Shown here piece by piece: positions 35,795 to 60,076 of a stretch of DNA of 64,000 nucleotides. The position numbers were made by a program, and so were the translations under genes. Position 1 is the stretch's first letter, and each line of letters opens with the position of its first letter. The stretch is taken from NCBI GenBank assembly GCA_012295275.1, contig CM022678.1, forward strand, positions 2,790,001 through 2,854,000. Direction: 5' to 3'. The notes under the pieces are model-generated. The model made no database searches, was not told the origin of the DNA, and saw only the letters and a program-made list of their open reading frames with translations. Origin of the DNA: Chrysomallon squamiferum. Its lineage: Eukaryota > Animalia > Mollusca.

Positions 35795-36375
35795 TAGCTA
35801 CAGTTCGCGCCTTCCTTTCCGAGCCAATGAGTTTTCGAAACCGAAACCAGGCCGTTGCTATGATACCTCAAGGAAGAGATACATAATTATAATAAAATTT
35901 ATTTGTTTACTTTTTTTTGATGACAGGTACTTATTAATTTTCTTAATGTACACCACTTATAAATAAAAAGTCTTAATGTAAGTTCAGAAATAATATATAT
36001 ATTTGTTTATGTAAATAGTTTTCGTTTTTAAGTTAATATTGATGATTATCTCCCTTTATTATTATTTTTGGGGGAGGGAGTTACTAAATATTTTCTAAAC
36101 TTTATATTACAATCTTATTTAAAATATATATATATATATCTTATATTACTAATGTAAGAAAAATGTTCCTATCGGTTTCCGATTTGTCACGAAATATAAC
36201 GAAAACATTAACCACGTGACATGTTACTACTTCCGTATCTCTTTCGAAAAATTATAGTTTCACTTTCTAAACTGAGAGATATTTTAATGAAATTTAAGGG
36301 GAAACAAATAATGTCAGTTTTATACAGTGTGAAGTAAATAACACGAGCAAATTGTTATCCAGGGTGGACTGTTCA
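35795..36375. promoter_or_regulatory. Divergent G5/G6 promoter with ISRE-like motifs GAAACCGAAAC (35837-35847) and AGTTTCACTTTC (36256-36267), and ETS-like ACTTCCG (~36229)
   Basis: Motifs lie just inside the two first-exon donors (- strand ag|gtatgt at 35793; + strand ca|gtaagt at 36376). Confidence 0.65.
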
Positions 36376-36674
36376 GTAAGTTGTTTTAATGTTAACAAAC
36401 ACGTCAGATCGGTAAATATAATTAATATGTATTTATTGATACATTATAATAATCATGATTATACACAGTTGTAGTGTATGAAATATCGACTTACCAGTTA
36501 AGGAAATAAAAGAGAGAATTGGCTGTAAACTTTTGATTACAGTAAGAGTAATATTAATATACTGATACTAATACGTATACATACATGCACATATATTTAT
36601 AATTTTAAATTTCAATATTTATAATTTTAAATTGTTTTTTAAATTAATTAATTTATTATTTATTTTTAATAGAT

Positions 36675-41031
<4,357 letters not shown>

Positions 41032-41262
41032 AATAATTTTACCTGCAGCAGGGTGAATAATCCCTCCAGTAAAATTCATCATCTTCCAAGTTATTATTTT
41101 GCTGTTTTGCTTGATCATTCATAACAATTTATGACAAAAATAAAGCAATGCAGTAATAAAATATTTGAAACCTTTTATTTTTCTTTCCTTTCCAACTGTA
41201 TTATTTTGCAGTTATATTTTGTTGTAACGAAAAAAAAATGTGTATAAAAAAAATTAAAATTA

Positions 41263-41307
<45 letters not shown>

Positions 41308-42521
41308 GCAATAATAATAATATTAATCCTTACTCCATTTATTAAAGTGTTTACTCTTCCATCGACATTTTCTAACGCCTACCAATTTTTTACTCTTTGG
41401 TGTGTCTAGTGACTTGTGATTTTTGCTTTTTGAGTTTCTATAGCAACTGTATTAGCAGTCCCGTGACTTTCTGTGGTAACAAAGACTTATTGTATTTAAC
41501 TAAAACAAAAATCTTCTTCTGTTTAGTTATAATAAAATCTTATTGTGTTTGATTAAAAAAAAAAAAAAAATTGTTTTTATTTATTTATCACAAAATATTA
41601 TTTAATTAAAACTAAATCTTGTATTTAATTGAACAACATCGTATCGCATTTAATTGCAACTAAATCGTGTTGTACTATGTGCTATAGTAGCAAACCATTC
41701 ACATTTCCAGTTGTTCATTAGACATAGCTGATTGTAGCCACTACTCCTGCCATCATATATACAGTTCATATTAAACAAGACTTGAAAACATCTATTTTTA
41801 CTTATTTATTTATTTATTTTTTTAATGATCCTGCCCATCATTTGATAGTGGTTTATTTCTTCATCAGCACTTTTTATTCACAAATATATGACATCACCGA
41901 CTGAAAGTTGTGTTTTTAAATAAAACATTCCCTCTTTCCCTAGGTGAATTCTCCACATATAGATTTTAACACAGTCTTGGGTGTTTTACGAGCATGCTTA
42001 CTTCCCTGTGTGAATTGTCTATCTCAGGTTTATTTAACCAGCTAGTTTGCTGCACTGCTTTGATAAAGTTAATATGGAAAATTAACATACTGATCACAGC
42101 ACATTTTATGAAGCAAGACTGTGAGTCTGATTATCTGAGGGTAGGGCTGAGCCTGGGGCAGTTTGTAACAGTGCCTTAGCGACAAAATGCAGCCCATCAG
42201 AGTGAACATTTGCTCCATATGAAAATAAGGATACGATGAACCCTGAAATTCTTTTAAATTTGGAATTTTTAGTTGTTGTTGTTTTTTTTGTTGTTGTTGT
42301 TGTTTTTGGATAGAGAGAGAAATTTATAAAATAGTTTGTACTCGGATGTCTTGATGTATCTCCATAATTCCACTTTTTTTCTTTTCTTTTTAATGTTTAA
42401 CAGTAGTCATTTCTCTTTTACTAAATAAACCAAATAATTTACAAATTTTTTTTTTTTTTTTGTACAAACATATGACAAAAGATATATCTGAATATAATAT
42501 TTATTTATTTATTTATTTATT

Positions 42522-42575
<54 letters not shown>

Positions 42576-43081
42576 CCCTGTATTGAGTTAGTTCTTGTAA
42601 GTCTCAAAACCCATTATGTGTAATTCTTATAATCAGACTTTGCTAACAATAAAGTTTTTGGGACTGCAAACATCGTATCGCTTTCCATTCATGTTGGAAA
42701 GACTTGATAAACAACAGCAAAAGTTATCAGAGACTGAATATACAGGATGTGCCACCACAACCATCTTCACACACCTGTTTTGGGGAGTGTTTTTCTTTTT
42801 TGTAATCATTATTCTGCTTTGTTATTAGCAATAATACACGAATTAAACATTAGCAGCTAGACAGCTCGTTAAAACAAAACAGTAATTTGAGAGTATACAG
42901 AATTTTACAATCGTTCACATGACCCACTAAAAGCATGCTTTAACCAACGAGTCCTGCACGTGTAAGCCAAATGCGTTTTCAGTGCTGATTTTCGGAAGAA
43001 ATATTTGTTGCCACCAAACAACAACAACAACAACAACAACAAAAGTACGGTCACTGAAAATGAACATCGCTAGCCATGTAA

Positions 43082-43812
43082 CGGGACGTCATCGAAGTTG
43101 TTTTTACGCTCTTGTCGAGGTCGTACTCGTCTGGAGTCTTCAGACCTGTCGTGGCACTGTTGGAAGTAACTGTCGCAGAGCTCCACCACATTGTCGTGGA
43201 CGTCTCTGTGAGTACTCACAATGCGGACGTCGTTCAGAGTTTTCGTTTTGCAGTTGAACAGTGAAATAACCAGTGCACGTATAGCCAAACCTAGATGGGC
43301 TCCAGCAGCACCTAGGATGAATAAATGAATAATGATGATACATACATACGTATACATACATACATACATACATACATACATACATACGTACATACATACA
43401 TACATACATACATACATACACACATACATACATATACATACACATACATAATACATACATACATACATACATACATACATGCATGTATGCATGCATATAA
43501 CCATACATTCAGACATATATAGTGAAAAATAATAGCTTTACTATATTTTAAAAAAACCTTCTTTTTGACAAGACCAAGAGGTGTAACTGAAGCAGAAAAC
43601 AAAAGAAGCTGACTACATTGAGAAAGAAGAAGAAAATGATAAAGATGACGGTGTTGGTCGTGGTGCTTGTAGTGATGATAGTAACAGAAGAAAGATTCCG
43701 AGAAAGAAGGAGAAAATGAAATAAGTGAAGAAAGAAAAAGCGTGATGTTAGAGAAACCCAGAGATAAAGAGATAGAAAAGGGAAACAGGTAAGTAGATAC
43801 GTAAGTATATAT

Positions 43813-43899
<87 letters not shown>

Positions 43900-44100
43900 A
43901 TACTGACTGACCAGTCTAAAGATAAACAGACAAATATTTAGATACTAAGAAAACGACTGAGTGGGAGAGAAAGAATTAGTGTCACTAGAAGAAGCCTACA
44001 CATCGTAATTTAAAAAAAGAAATAAAATGTTAACAAATTTATTTATTTAAGAATTAAACGGTTTAACATACCTAGCTACGGTTCGCGCCTTCCTCTCCGA
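43082..44100 (-). pseudogene. G7: remnant duplicate of the G5 5' end; macro N-terminal exon deleted and gene truncated before the RING
   Basis: 43311-43082 matches the start of G5 exon 3 (GAAGAHLGLAIRALV..NNFDDVP). Sequence equivalent to ~34853-35440 is missing at ~43697. Confidence 0.85.
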
Positions 44101-44650
44101 GCCAATGAATTTTCGAAACCGAAACCAGGCCGTTGCTATGATACCTCAAGGAAGAGATACATAATTATAATAAAATGTATTTGTTTACTTTTTTTTGATG
44201 ACAGGTACTTATTAATTTTCTTAATGTACACCACTTATAAATAAGAATCTTAATGTAAGTTCAGAAATAATATATATATTTGTTTGTATAAATAGTTTTC
44301 GTTTTTAAGTTAGTATTGATGATTATCTCACTTTATTATTATTTTTGGGGAGGGAGGTACTAAATATTTTCTAAACTTTATATTACAATCTTATTTAAAA
44401 AATATATATATATCTTACTATTACTAATGTAAGAAAAATGTTCCTATCGGTTTCCGATTTGTCACGAAATATAACGAAAACATTAACCACGTGACATGTT
44501 ACTACTTCCGTATCGCTTTCGAAAAATTATAGTTTCACTTTCTGAACTGAGAGATATTTTAATGAAATTTAAGGGGAAACAAATAATGTCAGTTTTATAC
44601 AGTGTGAAGTAAATAACACGAGCAAATTGTGATCCAGGGTGGACTGTTCA
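44073..44650. promoter_or_regulatory. Duplicate of the G5/G6 divergent promoter with ISRE-like motifs at 44115-44125 and 44531-44542
   Basis: Near-identical to 35795-36375. Confidence 0.65.
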
Positions 44651-44934
44651 GTAAGTTGTTTTAATGTTAACAAACACGTCAGATCGGTAAATATAATTAA
44701 TATGTATTTATTGATACATTATACACAGTTGTAGTGTATGAAATATCGACTTACCAGTTAAGGAAATAAAAGAGAGAATTGGCTGTAAACTTTTGATTAC
44801 AGTAAGAGTAATATTAATATACTGATACTAATACGTATACATACATGCACATATATTTATAATTTTAAATTTCAATATTTATAATTTTAAATTGATTTTT
44901 TAATTAATTTATTCATTGTTTATTTTTAATAGAT

Positions 44935-45706
44935 ATGGCAACAGGAGGCCATACCAAAAACACACATTCTGATGGAAAAATTCGAAAGACATTTGATACA
45001 CCAACAGGCTTAAAAATTTCACTGTGCCACTGTGATATTAAAGAGCTAAAAGCTGAAGCTATAGTTTCTGTAGAAGATGAACATTTTGATGGTCAAGGGA
45101 ACATTTCAAAGTTACTGTTGAATCTAGGAGGTGATTCATACACAAAAGAAAGAGACAAACTGAAGAGACAAATTAAAGTGGGAAATGTCTATGAGCAGGA
45201 TACAAAAAAGTGTCACAAAAAATTGAAATATTCTTACGTACTGCATGCGATATCCCCCAGATTGGATGCATATTCTCTGCAGGACTGGGAGAAAAGTATG
45301 CGAGAACTTTACAGAAATATCCTGAAGAAAGGAGAAGAACTGAAACTGAAGAAGATTATTTTGCCTCTTCTTGGTACAGGTAAAGAAAATAGTGATTTTG
45401 TTTGTTGATTAGTGATGATCTTGTGAGGATAATTATAAATATTTCTCTCTGTTGCTATTATCTTCCTCTCCTCTCTCTTATTCATTCATTCCATATCAGT
45501 CACTCTTACACTTAATTCTCCCTCTCTCTCTCTCTGTTTCTTTCTTTGTCTCTGCTCTCTGTGTCCCTCTCTGTCTGTCTGTCTGTCTCATACAAACACA
45601 GATTTGTCTTTCTCTCTTCATTACTCAATTTTTTCTCTTTCATTCATTCTTTCCATCTCATTAACTATCTCCTTCTGTTTCCTTTCCTGATTCATCCGCT
45701 TGTGTC

Positions 45707-45782
<76 letters not shown>

Positions 45783-46236
45783 ATAACTCATATCGATGTA
45801 AATAATTTCTGTGTGTATGTGAGCAGTAATATTTATCGCTAGCTAAATTGTGTCTGTTCAAGGTAAAGCAAAAGCTCCAATTGAGAAAACAGCTGGAATT
45901 GCAGTAGAAGAACTTTTTAAGTTCAAAACTGATGAGAAACCACACATCTTTCTTGTTACATTGGACGATGTGGCATTCATGTATCTGTTGAGTAATTGTG
46001 AATATCATGAAAAAGAAAAAAATGCTGTAAAATCAGGAACAGGAAGGGATAAACAATCAGGCTCAGGCACTGGAAGAAAATTGGACACAGGGACAACAAC
46101 TGAATCAGACACAGGTACAAGTAAGACTGTAAGAGAAAGAAATCAAGTAAAATCAGGAACAAAAGTACCTACAGACAAAAATGAAAAAGTGTCAAAGACT
46201 GAAAATGGTGCAAAATCAGAAAAACAAAGACAATAA
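44935..46236 (+). CDS. G8: macro domain plus short linker, stop at 46234-46236. Exons 44935-45379, 45863-46236. May instead be the 5' half of a G8-G9 tandem-macro gene.
   Basis: Paralog of the G6 5' part (CHCDIKE..AIVS, VLHAISPR, IILPLLGTG|). GAA->TAA relative to G6. Confidence 0.7.
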
Positions 46237-46456
46237 AAATCAGATTTTAGTAATAAACAACAACTGAACAAAGAAGTTAACATTAAGAGTAATACTTATG
46301 TACATAAATACATACACACATATACAGGCACATATTCGTACAGACACACACATGCATATAAATAAAATTCTTTATCTGTCTTTTTTCTTTTATCTTTATA
46401 TATATATATTTACAATATTTGTATATAAACTTTAATTTTTTTTTTTTTATATAGAT

Positions 46457-51980
<5,524 letters not shown>

Positions 51981-52575
51981 AATAATTTTACCTGCAGCAG
52001 GGTGAACAATCTGTCCAGTAAAATTCATAATTCTTTCAAGTTATTATTTTGCTGTTTTGCTTGAGCATTCATAATTTATAACAAAAATAAAGCAATGCTG
52101 TAATAAAATATTTGAAAGCTTCAATTTTTTCCTTTCCAATTGTATTATTTTGCAGTTATATTTTGTCGTAACGAAGAAAAAAATAATATATAAAAAAAAA
52201 AAAAATAATAAATAATAATAATAATAATAATATTAATGATGTGATTGTTGCTTCTTCAGTTTCTATAGCAACTGCATTATTATATTTAATCAAAACAAAA
52301 ATCTTTATTCATTTCTCACGTTTTGATGTTTAACATTAGTGGTTTTTCTTTTTGTTGAAATGTTACTAAATAAACCAAAATAACAGATTTTTTTGTCATT
52401 TTGTTATTTCTTCTACAAACATATGATAAAAGATATCTATTAACTCATTTTTTGTAATTAGTAAAAAAAATATTTGCACGATCTATCATGGTTTGAAGTT
52501 GAAAAAAAACAAACAAAAAAACCCCAAGTTTTTAGTTTTTTTATTCTTCGACTTTTAACATATTCGAAACAATGT

Positions 52576-55524
52576 CTATTTCTTGGCTGGCTCATCATCC
52601 TTGGAGAATGATTTAAGCATTTCCTGTCTCTTCTGTTGTATACGTTCCTCCCTACGTCTGCGAGCCTCCTTGACTTTCTGTCTACGAGCTTCAGCCTGGT
52701 CACTGCACAAAGAAAAAATATCAATCTGTAGATTTTCTCTCTCTCTCTCTCTCTATATACATAGACCAATTTTTTTTATTGTACCTTTTCAAGGATCTTC
52801 TTAAGGTGTACAATGTGCTAATAATTTAAAATAATTTTTTTTAAATTTCCTTAAAATACGACCGACTGTAATCTGTATCATTTAATATTAAATAACACTG
52901 CAATCCACTGACACTTTACTGCACCACTAAATCAGTTTAGTGAAGCAATGACAGAACACAGTGTCATGATCCTTACGCACGTCAAAGAAACAGAAAAATG
53001 TATTTAATTAAAACAACGCAAGTTCTCGGATCTGTGACAGAAATATATTGAAACGAGAAAACAATAAATGTGCCTCAAGCAAATCTTGTGGAAATTTTGC
53101 ATCAATGTTTCATCTTTTTTTTTAGATTTAGATATTTTTTTATCAGAAAAGAGTTCTGATCAAAGGCTAATAGCAGTTTGTATGTAAGTATGGTAAATGC
53201 AATGACAGTTTCTGTCTCAACTTGGTTTCATACACAGTACAGTGGGTTTACTAGATGCCAGTTTAGCCAAGAAGGAGAGACATTGCTAAAATATTCATCA
53301 CATCCTGGTTATCTTCAGCCATTACTTCTTAAACAACATTTAAAATGCTTCTAATCCGTTGTTATCACAACAGCAACAGCATGATGAAAAACGGGAGTGA
53401 AAAAAAAACAATGTAGTAAGCTGCTTCTGAATTTCAGTTTGCAGTGCCAAAATTTAAAACCTGCTCATCTCATAAATATTTTTTCAAAAATTAACACCAT
53501 ACTATTTTTTTATTTATTTTTTTTTTTTTTTTTTTTAATTTTGTTATTTAAAATTGTAAAATCAGTATTACATACCTGAGAAGTTTGGTTCTCTGTTTCT
53601 CTGCCTTCTTTTTGTGAATGTGTTCCATCAAGATTCGCTTGTTCTTGAACCCATTACCTTTGCATTTCATGTACAGCTCATGATACCTGTAGCAAGAAAA
53701 GGTTTACACTGACGTTTTGATAACAAGAAGTAAATAATACAGATGTTATCAACTAAACAAACTTTCTTTCACCTTCTGTTCTGGATTCTGTAAAATTTTA
53801 GTTAGTTGTAAGAATGCTGTATTTCACTTCTTACATGTATCAAAACATATACTGTTTGTCTTTTATACAAAATATTCATCACTCGTGAGCATGAACATTT
53901 CTATTAAATTTTCTTTTCCTTCTGTATTATACATTACAGTTATTCTGTTTTTGATAATTTACTTATTAGTAATTGTTAGAATGTGAAATGTTTCAGAATT
54001 ACTGACATCGAGGCTGGTATTTTACTAAAAACACTGAGAGTTGTTTGCTATCTTAATCAGTTTAATTTTTAGACATGGAGATTAAAAAATGTTGTTTAAT
54101 ATTTGCTGGATTCCTTTGAATTACTATGATTAGTGTATCCTGCACAAAAATAAACAACTTTTACAGTTTCATGTGTGCTAACTTTGAAATGAGGAAATCA
54201 CAGATAATTTAAGAAATAGTAAATAAATAAATACATTTTTTTAAAAACAATGAATAAATAAATTCCAAAAAAAAAAATTTAAAATTTAAAAAACCCATAA
54301 GAATTAAATAATTAAATTCATCAATAACAGAACAACAAAAAAAAAATCTAAAAGAAATAAATTATAGAACTGGTTAGGTCTCTTTCTTACAAATGTTTAT
54401 CAATTTTCTTGGCTTCTCTGTATTTCCTGAGCAGATTTCGGAGGACCCGCATTCTTCTGATCCAGATAATTTTCTGAGGCATTCTTGCGTTTGCCGTACC
54501 TTTCCTCTTTCCGTGTCCCATGTGACGACCTTTCCTCCTGGCGATAGCATTCTTTCGTACACGAGCTCGTGAATGCACTTTTACTGGCTTTCGGATAATC
54601 AAACCGTCTTTCACAAGTTTGCGAATATTTTGTCCTATTTTTAAAAAAATAAAAATAAAAGTCTGGTTTTAATGCATCTAAACCAATAATATATACATCC
54701 GTCAAAATGTATTTAAATAAAATATGAAAATTAATTAACAGTTTATTTTTGTTATACCAAAATTTACTTTCTAAAAATTGCATCTATGATGTCAGTAAGT
54801 TTTCTTTTGGTTTTCAATCATTATTTAGTATATGTACCAATTCAAGGTTTTTAATATAAAAATTTGAATTTATAAACATAAGCATTTAAAATTTCAAATG
54901 GAAGGAAAATTATGAAACAAAAAAATTTAAAATTTAAAATTAAATTAAAACTGATGTCAAAAATCATTACAATCCATGTATTTTAATCATTACAATCCAT
55001 GTATTTTAATCATTACAATCCATGTATTTTTATCTATCTTACGAGAATTGGCGTTGGCTATTTCATTGGTTTCATTAGGATCCAACCAAATTTTGTTTCT
55101 GCCACACTTCAAAACAGCGGCAGAAAGCCGCTTTTGTAATCGAAGCGTGCTGAAAAATAAATTTAAAAAATAGAAACATTTAAAAGTTAAATACAGACAG
55201 AAGAACTCAAAATCAACTATCTTACATGCAAAAATACATTGATGACTTCAGATCAATTTACTGTTGCCTGTGCTATAAATTCAAAGCAGCTGGAATTTTG
55301 GTATCCATTAAATAACAGTACATGGCTGCACAAATTGAAATTCTGTGCAATTTTAAAATTGGGATTTTGGATTTTTTTTATGTATATTTAAGGATAATGA
55401 CGAATAAATGAATTAATACTGTTATGAAGAGTTTCTTTATTATTCAAAATTTGATACAGCATTACTGTGTGTTCTGCTGACATTTGTGAATAAAACGCAC
55501 TCTCTATGAATTGCTAATAAAGTA

Positions 55525-55556
<32 letters not shown>

Positions 55557-56981
55557 AGCTAGATAGTGTTAAGTTACCAATAAGTAATTTGTCTTTGACA
55601 AACTGAAAGGAAAAATGAGAAACTTCGACTTTTTAAAACATGTATCAAAGAAAAACAAACATCACAAATTGGGCGAAATGCATTAATTTATAGATGTATA
55701 CCTAATATTAGGAACCAATAACATATCTGAATAGTTAAAAACTGCTAAAGTAATTTTTCATTTGTTCTACTTCCCTCTAAAAACAAATAAAAATAAAACT
55801 GAAAATGGGATATAAAGTGTTTTCATGTGACTTTTTCTGAAATTATTATAATTTTGATTTGTTTTCTTGATTCATTAATCATAATACTTGAAAATACTTG
55901 AAATACTTGAAAATGAAGGTTCGATTTATTTACTATTTAATCAGAGTGGTTCAATTTTTTTCAATGAATACAATATTATTGTATACACATGTCAATCATA
56001 CTGTATATTAAAAGTAAGAAAACTGGTACCACCAATGTTTTGAAATAAAAACTGAAATATTTCTCTGCTGATCAGAAGGCTGACACTCAAGTCTTAAGAC
56101 CATACAAATGTTACAGATCATCAATACACACTACTTTATTATTCTTCATCCTTTAGATGCTTTGCCACATGCTTTTATTATCCAAAAACAGTTTTTAAGG
56201 GGGTGCAGGCAGATACAACTTCAAAAATATGATACTCATTTGTGATCATCTAGAATTTAATGAAGAACATGTATGAAAAAATATGATAATTAAACTGGCT
56301 TTACGTCAAAAAAAAAAAATAATAATAATAAAATATTAAAAAAAAAAAATGTGTGATCAGATGACAAAAATTAAAAAAATCATGTCATGATTAGAAAATT
56401 ATGATAATATTTACTGTCCTTTCCATTAGAACTCTACAACATTATTTTAAAATGTTACAAATTACATGTCATATTAAATAAAAACATATCTGGTTTCTTT
56501 TCCTGTTAATGTGTTACTGAAGTTGGACCGTCTTACTCTTTTAAATTTAGCATTATTACGATTACAACGATCATATTTAATGGTATTATTAATAATTTAA
56601 TACAATTAACAGAATTAGTATGAAATAGTAATAATAATAACAAAACAAGTGTATTCAGAACCATTGCAGAACTGTAAGAATAATAGTACTTTAAAAAGGC
56701 CTAGCAGTTAATATTTTAAACTAAATCTAAAGATAATTTTCCGCCTTGTACCATTAACTTCATCCTTATTTTGTATAATAAACCAGACATGCCCATGTCA
56801 CCATGTGCGTTTTGATACATCAACATGTTTAGATTTCTGTACGTATGCAATTTATTTAAAGATAAAATGCGTCATTAATATAGCGGAAAATATTTCTGAT
56901 CCAATATATTTCAGGATACTTTGATTCGACCAAATGTAATTACTATATCTTCAAAAAAATATACAATTATAACAACCTCAT
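52576..56981 (-). CDS. RPL19: 60S ribosomal protein L19 (eL19), 197 aa. Exons 56981-56977, 55149-55043, 54634-54391, 53686-53576, 52702-52576.
   Basis: [93 protein letters not shown]; 594 nt, all GT-AG. Confidence 0.97.
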
Positions 56982-57003
56982 GCTTGCTTCCTTCACGTCG
57001 AGG

Positions 57004-57017
57004 TTGAAAAAGGAAGG
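57004..57017 (-). promoter_or_regulatory. 5'-TOP/TCT-like polypyrimidine initiator of RPL19
   Basis: The minus strand reads ccttcctttttcaa about 25-35 nt upstream of the ATG, typical of ribosomal protein genes. Confidence 0.7.
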
Positions 57018-57453
57018 CGCAACTAACTTATGTGTAAAAGTAACACGGAAATTAGTGCAATGGATTTTTATTTTACGTTTGCATTTGTATCTTTTTTAAA
57101 CTGATGTAAAAATGATATTTAAAATACAAATACAAAACTATACGAAACAAAACAAACTAAAACAAAACAAAAATGTATTAATATTTATTCAGGCAATATT
57201 AATCTCAGTTAACCAAATTAATGCGCCCACATTATTCGTAATATTTCGTACCATTTGACGAAGATAATCGAAAAGTACCGATTGACGTGCTTTAGAATTC
57301 ATATTTCTCGTACATTCTCGGTATGTTTCGTAAAGCATGGTCAAGGTCATGTCAAATTATCAAGGTCAGTGCAGTTGCAGACTGCCAAAGCGGCTGACAG
57401 CGTTAACCTAATATTCAACCAGTTAAAAGAGCTTTTAGAAAAAAAGTCCGAAA

Positions 57454-57802
57454 ATGGAACATAAAATGTCAAGAAAAGATAGTGTGATGGCCGTGCCAGG
57501 AAAAGAAGGGTTTAAAGTTGTGCCGGGTAGTGCCGTCGGCACTTCAATCGGAGTCTTCACCAGTGGTGGAGACTCACAAGGTATACTTCTAACATATTAA
57601 GTGTACTAAAGCAGTATAAAAAATATAATTATATGTAATTATATCAGTGCTAGATTATCAGTTCATGCATTCATAATTATATTTCTCTTAGGTGAATGTG
57701 GGTATCATAGGACGATTGGGAATTCAGCGAATTTAGCACATCTAAAATACCTTTCTCTGTGTCTGCTGAAAGTAATATGATCCTAAGCACTTAATGACTT
57801 AT

Positions 57803-57835
<33 letters not shown>

Positions 57836-59375
57836 TCATTAATTAATTATTAGTAATAATAATAAACATTCTCAGATGTACACCAAAGTCAAACAAATGC
57901 AATATATGCAATATCAGTAAAATAGAATAATCTTTCATGACTGTAGGTTAGTAATTCTGGCAACATGACAAACACCTGCTCTTGATATAATAGTTGTAGA
58001 GTATGGCAATTTGCCAGAATATTAACAGTAAAGATAATGAAAATATTTATAATTAAGTGTATAGTAGTAATAATAATAATTAAAACATGAATAGTAAAAT
58101 CAATTATTAAAAAGGTTTACCTGTATGGAATTGCAAAAATATATAGAATAACAGCACCAAACTGATTAGTAATTATGTTTTCATTTAACTTACTTAAATC
58201 ATTAGAATATTTGGTTGTAAACAAAAGTAGCAAATTTTATGTTTATATAATACAGATTAGTAAATCTGTAAAATACAAAACCAAATATATATTTGTTACA
58301 AGCAAATTTTATTATCTTTCCTCTAATTTTTTATTTTGAAGTCATACATTTTTGGAAATGTAAAGTGTTATTTCATAAATAATAAAATTAGATTAGATGA
58401 GACATTTTGACTATAATTGCATTTTAGTTGTGAAAATAATCTGAAAAAGTAAGAAATTTGAAAAATCAAAAAAAAAAGTGTTTATGAAATATTAAAGAAA
58501 AAGTTTGTAATACTGGTAATTCATAAAATTATTATTTGAGTTATAAATAAAACCATATATATATACACACACATACATACATATATATATATATCTTTTG
58601 TCTTGATTTTTACAGTTAAAAAAAATACTCTTTCCTTTAATTTTTCATTTTGAAGTCACTAATTTTTATTATTATTATTATTTGCAAGATGTTTTCAAAG
58701 ATTTCAAGATGGACATCACTGTTAGTTAAAACTACTGCACTGTTATTATTTTTTGTAGGAATGAATGCCGCTGTTCGTGCAGTAGTCAGAATGGGGTTCT
58801 ACATGGGATGTAAAGTCTACTTCATTAAAGAGGTAAAGAATCACAAAGTTAACCTAAAACTGATTCAGGAATATTCTTTAGATTTTTAACCTTGGATGAA
58901 TAAAATTATACTTAAAAAGTGTAAATTTCTGCTCATCTCTCTCTTAATTAGCTTTTCCAAGCATTCATTTGTGTCTAGATATTTCAGACATATTAAATTT
59001 CCATCAGCATGCACATGTCACAGCTATTTCTAAATATTTATCTAGAAACAATTTTCATATCTGTCAACTTCTGTATAGCTATTATCTAGAAGCCAGTTTT
59101 TTTATGTTTTAAATGTCATGTTGAATATATAATTCTTGAAACTTTAAAAAAAAAAAACTTGTAGATTATCCATCTAGCTAATATCTTTAAACCTCTATTT
59201 TTTTTTTTTTTTATTATTAAAGTCCAGATCACTTATTTTTTATATTTATGGGTGGAAAAAATTATTTTTGTTCATTTTATGTTTTATTTAAACATTGGAT
59301 AAACATATGTAACTGTTATGTATAAACTTTTTTCTTCTTTTTTTTTTTTTTTGCATCTGTGTGGTTGTTACCTAG

Positions 59376-59417
<42 letters not shown>

Positions 59418-60035
59418 AAGACTGCTAGTTAGCAGTTAAACAGAAACTTGTTTTTTTAACTTCAGGGATACCAGGGAATGGTTGATGGGGGTGATAACAT
59501 TGAAGAAGCAACTTGGTCCAGTGTGTCTGGTATTATGCAGCAGGTAAGTAATTCTATACGTGATGAACTTTCACATCCCTGTTACTGTGTTTAACTGCTT
59601 CATTTCCCTCTTAACAGATGTGTTATTTGTGTGTCTGTGCAGTGAATAATACACTTTGAAAATATGTCTATGTACTGGTGTTGTATATTCAGCTGTTAGT
59701 AGTTGAATGTTAAATAAAAGAATAATGAAATTAATAGTACACAGATAAAAAGTGACAGCACTACCCACCAAAACGGAAAAAAAAACATTTTTTTAATTCC
59801 TCTATTGGTCCTAAAAATTAAAAAAAAAAAAAAAAAACAAAACACAGAAAAAAAAAATAAAAAACAAAAAAAAAAAAAAAAACATTGTTTGGTTTAAACA
59901 ATCACATTAAAGAGAGGTGTAACAATTTTTTAATAATAATTTGTAATATAAACTACATACAGCTAATACTTTTAAAATGAATATACAAATTTATATCAAG
60001 TGAGAAGTGTGTGTGTGTGTGTGTGTCCACATATA

Positions 60036-60076
<41 letters not shown>

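Noticed and set aside
41900-43080. Unique, slightly more GC-rich stretch between G6 and G7, possibly a transposon fragment
   Set aside because: No terminal repeats, target-site duplication or recognisable protein motif was found.
53140-53305. Possible intronic snoRNA in RPL19 intron 4 (minus-strand TGATGA near 53294-53299; hairpin gcaatg..tgtctc..cttgg / ccaag..gagacattgc)
   Set aside because: I could not place a convincing C/D or H/ACA box pair or a guide sequence. An Infernal/snoReport search is needed.
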